The notes beneath the pieces were generated by a model. The model was not told the origin of the DNA. It worked only from the letters and a program-made list of their open reading frames with translations, and ran no database searches. A stretch of DNA of 64,000 nucleotides, taken from NCBI GenBank assembly GCA_038087875.1, contig CM075998.1, positions 186,001 to 250,000 of the forward strand, given 5' to 3'. A program made the position numbers and the translations under genes. Source of the stretch: Malacoraja senta (lineage: Eukaryota). Shown piece by piece: positions 58,101 through 64,000 of the stretch; positions within the stretch are counted from its first letter, which is position 1, and every line of letters begins with the position of its first letter.

Positions 58101-61100
58101 GGTTGACCTCTTCTCCTTTGCCACAAACTGCAGCAATATATGACATGACAAGTTTACTGGCCTCTGTGGGTAGAAAAGACAGAGATATATTTTACCTTAG
58201 CGTTCCTCTCCACCAGGTTTATAGTTCCATTCTATCATCACACTATCTTCTATGAAGGCAGGTGAGAAATGAGGAATTCAGAATTCCTTTTGCTCCTAAA
58301 TCCTCTCAACCCGAGGTGGATTTACCTGGGGTTCCTGGTATCATCAAATAAATAGCAGCGCATTCCATGGCATGGAAGGCAAGGTTTATCCAGCTTCGAC
58401 TGGGAAGATTTCTTGTCTGAAAGATTCACTTTTGGGGAAACAATGCAGTGAAGCTGCCACAGGATAAATGGGGCCTCCATTGCTGCCCTAACCAGGATAA
58501 AAATGCAATAACAATCTAGCAGAATTAGGGACAAGGTTACAGTGATGTTGGTTGAGTAATACATATCACGTTAGAGATATCAATAAATATAAGTGGAACC
58601 TGTTTAATCGACACAACTTCAATGTGTCAATTGGCCTTCTCTGTGCAGGCCTTCTCTAGTACAGACAACCCCTCCTTATTAAGGACATGTGTACCTGGCA
58701 AACGGGCCATACCACCATTTTCCATAACGTGAAGCCTCGCTGCCCACCCATGCATCAGGAAATGTGAGTTGAAAAAAATGTTGTTTCTGTATTTACTTCT
58801 TATCCCCCACATAAATTCCATGAGAGTGAATTTAATTCTATATCTTGAACTTTTGGGCAGGGATTTGCAAATTCTGTTGTGGAGAATTTCCGTAACTTGA
58901 AGGGCCACAACCAGGGGTTGCTTAAGGTCTCATTTGAAAGACGGAAACAGACTTTAACTCCACCCACTTCCTGCCATAGAAACGCACGCACACACTTCTC
59001 ATGGGCTGGGAACTGTGGAAATAAATATTCTAACTAAAAAGTAAGTTATTTGGGATTTGGATAAGGATACTTCAGGTTAACTAGTCATTTTTTCCCCAGG
59101 TGCTGTCTGACATGTTGTGTTCTACCAGAACTGTTTGATGCTATTTCAGAATTCACTAGCTTTCTCTTTTTAATGTTACTCTTTTAAGCCATTTCACACC
59201 ACATTTACCACAGATTGTCATAATGACCTTTGCTTTCTATCAGTAGGAAATCTATATTACAAACTAAGTTAATGGTTTTATTTGTTTATTGCAGGATTAA
59301 ATGCTCCAAGAATGTAAAAGGTGCATTGGTTTCTCAGTTTCCAATTGCACAAAACATCCGACGACCTTGACAGCAGTGCATTAAACAAGACTGAATTACT
59401 CCTACAGGACAATCCATCTGGTGCAATCTTAGTTTTGCTGCTGATAATCACTCAGCAACTGGTCCAGAGTCGTCTCTCGGTCGAAATTCCACATTGAATC
59501 ACACCCACACATTACATTGTTGCACATTCTATTTGATTTTAGGTGGCTCCTGGGAGAAAGCCTTATGGAAGATACTCTCCAGAATTAGTTAATAGCCGGC
59601 CTCATCGGCTGTGACCCAAGATACGATACCTGTTTTTCCCGAGCCACTCTCCCCGGTGATGAGAACACATTGGTCCTTGTTTCTGTCTCGGAGTGATCTG
59701 TATGCTTCGTCAGCAATGGCATAGCTGCATGGAGAAATGAGGAGTTGATTAAAGCTTTGAGTTTGCTATATTTCTGTGCCATTTTCCTTGCCGTCATCTG
59801 TGGCATCTTAATATTTTGTTAAAGAGAGTGTTTCATTTCCAGAAACCAATTTCTCCAGGTACTCTGGTTTCCTCTCACATTCCAAAGACGTGCAAGTTTA
59901 TAGGTTTCTGTAAATTGTCCCTAGAGTGTCAGATAGAATTAGTGAACACGTGATCGCTGGTCGGCATGGGCTGAAGGGCCTGTTTCCACACTGTATCCTT
60001 AAACTAAACTAAAAGGAGGGGAAAAGGTTGTAGAGACTCCTGACTAGCTCTGTACTTTACAAACTGTCTGCCATAGATGTTACGCTTGTATGTTCTTATG
60101 TACAATCTATTAATCTTATCAGTTAATATGTTCAAAGAACTAAAAGGTGAAAGGAGAGCTTCCCCTTTCGATTTCTGCTGTAAACATATTGCATAAAATC
60201 TTTCCTGCTGCTGACATTTCTTCATTACGTGTGCACTTGTTTTTCAGCTGTCTAGTTTCAAAGTTTATACCTTCCCCCCCAAAAATGGATATAGTTTTGA
60301 AACACCAAAGCACCAGGAAGGATCCCAGAATCAACACACATAGTTCGAGCATACAGCGACGGCCCTGATAGCCATTAATTACAAACGATCAGGTGAATCT
60401 AGAATTCTGTGCTGTGATGATTTCACAAGGTTAGGACAGATAACAACGGCCATTCAGTCCATTTGTGCTCATCTGTCCAGAGGAATCCTATTGCAATGAA
60501 GCAGCCAAATGCTTCCCAAACCATTCGGCAATTGTTACCTCCACATAACTTCTAGAGAAAAATGCAGCGAGTAAAGGATAGTCACATACAAGTTGCTGCC
60601 TCTACTTACATGTGAGGACTCAACTCGTAAAAGTTAGAGTTGCGGTACTCGTTGATTTTCTCCTGGCCATAGATAGGAAGCGTCTTGTAGGGATTGATTG
60701 AAATAACAACACTCCCAATGTAGGTCTGAGTGAAGAAGTGAAATGACAAGAATCCATCAACATCTTGCACATACCATTCTAGGTTTCTCTGCTCACCTCT
60801 TCACCCTGATGCACAAAATGGTCTCTGTGTAGAGACCACAGTAACTAACCCACCCGCTCACTGTCATCCACTGTACATTACGCAGCATGTACATGGCAAA
60901 CATTACTGGAAGAAACCACCAAGTACGTGTATCAGGCTCTGCAATCAACCGTGTAGTATGCAGAGGATAGTTGTACCAGGAGGATGACATTAGACTATTT
61001 CCTGTTCATCCATTGCAAGGTTGGCGCATATTTTGGACAAATACCACCCAATTCTCAAAGGCACATGCACGAGGCAGCATCAGGGCCTCAAGTCCACGAG

Positions 61101-61453
61101 GCATGCCTCATGAACTACTGAATATCCCAACAGTGGACTATCAAACAAAACACTCATTGGCCCACAGAGAACTGACTGAGCAACCAACCTTTAGAGGCAC
61201 CGGTCTCATCTGGAAATGTCAGGGGAGCCATAGGTGTCACATCTAAACATTGTTCCCTGTTATATCAGATAATCTCAATTGAAGGTGAAAACTATCACAC
61301 AGGAGTCTTCCCTCTCACTGTACTTACGTAGATCTCACTTTTGCTGAATCGTTCCTTGAGATTTGAAAGTAGAGACTCATCGGTGAGAGGCTCCAATAGC
61401 ACCAGGTCACCCACCCCGACCGCATTGTCCAAGTATGATGATTTCTTATTCAT
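34042..61453 (-). CDS. MYO1A: Unconventional myosin-Ia-like (class I myosin: motor, 4 IQ, TH1 tail), multi-exon gene span, 1074 aa
   Basis: 28 exons splice in phase (3225 nt with stop). P-loop GESGSGKT, switch I NDNSSRFG, switch II DIYGFE, TH1 tail. MYO1A preferred over MYO1B from recalled diagnostic residues ([32 protein letters not shown]) and linkage to TIMELESS. Confidence 0.88.
34186..34884. mobile_element. Tc1/pogo (Tigger-like) non-autonomous element with nested Penelope terminus and internal hairpin
   Basis: Degenerate TIRs CAGTAAACCCTTTTTATAACGG / CCATTAAAGGAAGAGTTTACTG followed by TA; internal inverted repeat ~34529-34560 vs 34621-34654. Confidence 0.55.
35218..35436. mobile_element. 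Penelope-like terminus foldback
   Basis: Two near-identical arms in inverted orientation; similar structures at ~12915-13252, 16925-17110, 41123-41252, 43001-43216, 47375-47545. Confidence 0.75.
35559..35686 (-). CDS. MYO1A: MYO1A coding exon 27 (TH1)
   Basis: [27 protein letters not shown]...INVKIQD. Confidence 0.91.
36333..36485 (-). CDS. MYO1A: MYO1A coding exon 26 (TH1)
   Basis: [10 protein letters not shown]...[12 protein letters not shown]. Confidence 0.91.
36861..36993 (-). CDS. MYO1A: MYO1A coding exon 25 (TH1)
   Basis: [10 protein letters not shown]...[13 protein letters not shown]. Confidence 0.9.
37747..37853 (-). CDS. MYO1A: MYO1A coding exon 24
   Basis: CKKYREG...[19 protein letters not shown]. 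Confidence 0.91.
38388..38525 (+). mobile_element. Short non-autonomous retroposon with 5' HDV-like ribozyme and (AAG)n tail, copy 1
   Basis: TSD AGGTGTAGC (38379-38387 / 38526-38534), 3' hairpin AAGTTG-TCCAA-CAACTT, second copy at 57501. Confidence 0.85.
38389..38442 (+). ncRNA. Minimal HDV-like (CPEB3-type) self-cleaving ribozyme motif
   Basis: P1 GGGGTGG/CCGCCCT, P2 GATTGCA/TGCAATC, P3 ACC/GGT, L3 TTCACGT, J4/2 CTAA. Confidence 0.8.
38616..38750 (-). CDS. MYO1A: MYO1A coding exon 23
   Basis: [23 protein letters not shown]...[10 protein letters not shown]. Confidence 0.9.
38995..39069 (-). CDS. MYO1A: MYO1A coding exon 22
   Basis: [25 protein letters not shown]. Confidence 0.88.
39710..39796 (-). 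CDS. MYO1A: MYO1A coding exon 21 (IQ4)
   Basis: [29 protein letters not shown]; 87 nt, phase 0/0. Confidence 0.88.
40610..40678 (-). CDS. MYO1A: MYO1A coding exon 20 (IQ3)
   Basis: [23 protein letters not shown]. Confidence 0.91.
41564..41713 (-). CDS. MYO1A: MYO1A coding exon 19 (IQ1-2)
   Basis: LFDMEE...[17 protein letters not shown]...[10 protein letters not shown]. Confidence 0.93.
42037..42130 (-). CDS. MYO1A: MYO1A coding exon 18
   Basis: [31 protein letters not shown]. Confidence 0.92.
42379..42652 (+). mobile_element. tRNA-derived SINE (HE1/V-SINE-like)
   Basis: GGTGGCGCAGCGG A box, GGTTCGATCC B box, core GGTTTCCTCCCACA, tail CTAAACTAAA. Confidence 0.8.
42723..42923 (-). CDS. MYO1A: MYO1A coding exon 17
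   Basis: CIKPND...[18 protein letters not shown]...[11 protein letters not shown]. Confidence 0.93.
43964..44190 (-). CDS. MYO1A: MYO1A coding exon 16
   Basis: [17 protein letters not shown]...[11 protein letters not shown]...KNPNYI. Confidence 0.94.
44443..44562. repeat. Perfect 39-bp tandem repeat x3
   Basis: ATTCACCCATTAAAGCAAGGGGCAGCTGATGCTGTGAAG three times. Confidence 0.95.
44748..44945 (-). CDS. MYO1A: MYO1A coding exon 15
   Basis: [16 protein letters not shown]...[10 protein letters not shown]. Confidence 0.93.
45562..45624 (-). CDS. MYO1A: MYO1A coding exon 14
   Basis: [21 protein letters not shown]. Confidence 0.92.
45891..45995 (-). CDS. MYO1A: MYO1A coding exon 13
   Basis: [35 protein letters not shown]. 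Confidence 0.94.
47046..47111 (-). CDS. MYO1A: MYO1A coding exon 12
   Basis: [22 protein letters not shown]. Confidence 0.93.
47976..48062 (-). CDS. MYO1A: MYO1A coding exon 11
   Basis: [29 protein letters not shown]. Confidence 0.93.
48871..48989 (-). CDS. MYO1A: MYO1A coding exon 10
   Basis: [39 protein letters not shown]. Confidence 0.91.
49308..49455 (-). CDS. MYO1A: MYO1A coding exon 9
   Basis: [29 protein letters not shown]...GSK. Confidence 0.91.
51286..51389 (-). CDS. MYO1A: MYO1A coding exon 8
   Basis: [14 protein letters not shown]...[13 protein letters not shown]. Confidence 0.91.
51898..51996 (-). CDS. MYO1A: MYO1A coding exon 7
   Basis: [32 protein letters not shown]. Confidence 0.93.
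54480..55330. repeat. Degenerate low-complexity array of TGCCAGCTGTTTG-like units
   Basis: Recurrent GCCAG / CAGCTG / TGTTTG / TTGCTG words over ~850 bp. Confidence 0.7.
55380..55830 (-). mobile_element. Penelope-like element 3' fragment (GIY-YIG C-terminus plus terminal repeat)
   Basis: Minus frame [42 protein letters not shown] followed by the CTGAAGAAGGGTCTCGACCC terminus found throughout the window. Confidence 0.85.
55895..55958 (-). CDS. MYO1A: MYO1A coding exon 6
   Basis: [21 protein letters not shown]. Confidence 0.93.
56450..56496 (-). CDS. MYO1A: MYO1A coding exon 5
   Basis: [15 protein letters not shown]. Confidence 0.93.
56897..57152. repeat. ~255-bp direct repeat, copy A
   Basis: Roughly 85-90% identical by eye to 58241-58494. 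Confidence 0.9.
57501..57624 (+). mobile_element. Short non-autonomous retroposon with 5' HDV-like ribozyme and (AAG)n tail, copy 2
   Basis: TSD AGCATCAGTCT (57490-57500 / 57625-57635); ribozyme region 57501-57554 with CpG-decay changes. Confidence 0.85.
58059..58163 (-). CDS. MYO1A: MYO1A coding exon 4
   Basis: [34 protein letters not shown]. Confidence 0.94.
58241..58494. repeat. ~255-bp direct repeat, copy B
   Basis: Roughly 85-90% identical by eye to 56897-57152. Confidence 0.9.
59630..59724 (-). CDS. MYO1A: MYO1A coding exon 3 (P-loop)
   Basis: [31 protein letters not shown]. Confidence 0.94.
60610..60725 (-). CDS. MYO1A: MYO1A coding exon 2
   Basis: [19 protein letters not shown]...FYELSPH. 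Confidence 0.93.
61328..61453 (-). CDS. MYO1A: MYO1A coding exon 1
   Basis: [23 protein letters not shown]...SEIY; acceptor 9 nt upstream of the ATG implies a further non-coding exon. Confidence 0.9.
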
Positions 61454-64000
61454 GGTTGCTTGCTGAGAAAAAACATTAAAATGATAAAATTTATGAATCC
61501 ATCCAATTGTATTTAAAATAATAAAATTGTTTGCATCACAGGCAACTGCTCCAGATATGAATGTAGTCTTTGTCCTGTGTGGTTGTCCCCAACTCTGTTT
61601 TAAAGTACACCTCTCTCTGGTTGCCACTAGAATTCTTCAGGTCACCTACATTGCCTTTCACTCTCTCTACAGAGAATTGCTGTTGGGTATTGAGAATCAG
61701 TCTTACGTTAGAGCAAGCATACATTTTGGTTCCCAATGTTGTTCCCATTCTTACCGGATGTGTTGGGGTCAGGTAAATGGCCAAGAACCTTACCCAGCTG
61801 GAATATTATGATTTAAGCATGATGGGGTTGAGACAATTGCCTACAGAATAGTGACATTTACATCTGACTTGGAATCTTTACTGGTTTTAACACAAAATGC
61901 AGGAGGAACTCAGCAGTTCAGATAGGGTAGACAGTCAGAACCTTTTTCCCCAGAGTGGAAATGTCAAAGACTAGAGGGCAAAGTTTTAATGTGAGAGGGG
62001 AAACGTTTAAAGATATGCAGGACAAGTTTTATTTTTAAACAGGTGGGTGCCTGGAATGCGCTATCAGGGGTGGTGGAGGCAGGTATGGTCGTGGTGTTTA
62101 AGAGGCTTTCAGATTGCCACATGATATGCTGGTTCACATGTAGGCAGATGAGGTTAGTTTCTCTTGGCATTATGTTCGGCACAGACATTCCCATTCCCCA
62201 CATATGCTGCCTGACCCGGTGAGTCACTCCAGCACTTTATGAATTGCTCAAGATTCCATTATCTGCAGTTCCTTGTGTCTCCACTGTTAGCGGTTGGCTG
62301 GTATATGTAGAAATGGGCGTTTTCTTCCCAGTTCTACCCATTGCTGTACAGTAGCTTGGCTCAGGGGCCAAATAACTGATCACTAAGCAGGGCTGATCCA
62401 TCTCTGATCAGATTCAATTTAACTTTCAAAAGGAGAGCTGGAAAAGTAATTGAAGGGGAGAAAAGTGCACGATTCGGGAGAAAGAACTGACACGTGAGAC
62501 ACATTGGAAAGTTCTTTCAAAGGGATGAACGGCCTCATCCTGGGCTGGTTCATTCCACCTAGTACTGTTCATAAACAGTTCAAATGAAGCTGTGCATTTT
62601 GAGTGCCACAAATGGCAGAATTACTGTAAACCCTGATCCTGTGCACCTTCAATGAGTCAGTCTTATCCAGCCAAGAATTATGATGAACCATAAAATAAAG
62701 CTCAAATGAACTGCTGACACACCCAATTAAAAGAGAAGATAATGTATCAGGTGAAAGTGCAGATGAAGAATCTTATTTTTTTAGATCATCAATCATTTTT
62801 TGAACCTAGTTAACAATGCCCTTCAGCTGTCTCCACATCCTCTTCTATTGTACACTGTGATAAGGTCATAAGTGATAGGAGCAGAATTAGGCCATTTGGC
62901 CCATTCAATCATTGCTGATCTATCTCTCCCTCCTAACCCCATTCTGCTGCCTTCTCCCCATAACCCCTGGCACCCGTACTAATCACGAATCTATCTACTT
63001 CTGCCTTAAAAAATATCCATTGAGTTGGCCTCCACAGCCTTCTGTAGCAAAGAATTCCACAGATTAATTCCCACTGGATTTTTTCTGACACATCTGTTAC
63101 TGCAGTCTCTTCCACCCATAACTCATGCTCCATAACAGTTCCATCTTCCCTATCATTATTTTACAAAACTATGGCAATTAGGTGGCAAAAACACAAATGA
63201 CCCCTAACGTAATTGAACAGCACAAAAGGCTAAAGAGGCTGAGTGGCCTCTTGCTGCTCCTGTGTCTCAGTTACGTTCAGTTCTGCTTGTTTCCTATCTT
63301 TAATCATTGTCCTTGTAAGATTGTTCCTGAATTTAGTAGAACTAAAATAGTGATTTGTCAGATGTACATTAACGTTTTCTATCCTTGCCAAAAAATCTAT
63401 CTGCACTGCTGAAGCAAAGTTCATAATGCAATCTTTATGATGTCTGATCTTTGGAGTATCACTCTTATCTCTGCTATCATCCGTGATAGAGATGCAAATA
63501 TTGCATACACAGTAATTGTGAAACTCAGATTGTTCCACTAATAGCCAGTGAAAGGACCCTAAGTCGTTTATAGCAGCAGGCAGTGCTGACGCCCTGTGCC
63601 TGGTTGAGGGGGAGGTGCATCTGTGCATTTAGTAATGGCATCTGAGCATTGTTCTGGGAGTCAGAGTTGCAGAACAGTGTCAATACTGAATATAGGAGGA
63701 TGATCAGGCCCCACTTCGACATAATCCATTTATCTTTCTCTGAAGACTTTAGGTCATTGCAGCCAATGGTCATTTTCCATTTTACAGTCACTCAGACATT
63801 GGTATACCAAACATGTACTCAGCAGGCAAGATTATAACCTACCATGTATGCCCACTATGCTGGTGATTCTTAGCCGCTTCACCTCTTGATGAATATTAAA
63901 GTGAAGAGGAGTAATTTGCTTTCAGGCGGGAAAATCCTGAAACACCTAGGAAGGGGGAGCAGGTGAAACAAGACTGATGGAAGAGTTGTGTAGGAAGGAA

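Overview
Vertebrate genomic DNA, most likely a cartilaginous fish (skate/ray-like repeat content: HE1/V-SINE-type SINEs, CR1/L2 LINE fragments, abundant Penelope-like termini). Left to right: (1) a ~3.4 kb almost repeat-free 3'UTR-like tail of an unidentified upstream + strand gene; (2) a tRNA-Ser(CGA) gene on the - strand, head-to-head with a CpG-island/E2F promoter; (3) a TIMELESS gene on + with 28 visible coding exons (9786-33133), one conserved coding block apparently lost in a 200-N assembly gap, three GC-AG introns and a spliced uORF; (4) a convergent class-I myosin gene (MYO1A-like, 28 coding exons, 1074 aa, four IQ motifs) on - (61453-34042). The most striking unannotated signal is a ~130 bp retroposon present twice in myosin introns (38388-38525, 57501-57624). 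Each copy has target-site duplications and an (AAG)n tail, and its first 54 nt fold as a minimal, P4-less HDV/CPEB3-type self-cleaving ribozyme whose predicted cleavage site coincides with the element's 5' end. Penelope-derived termini also carry hammerhead-like cores. All exon boundaries and folds were read by hand, repeat boundaries are approximate, and comparisons to human sequences are from memory.
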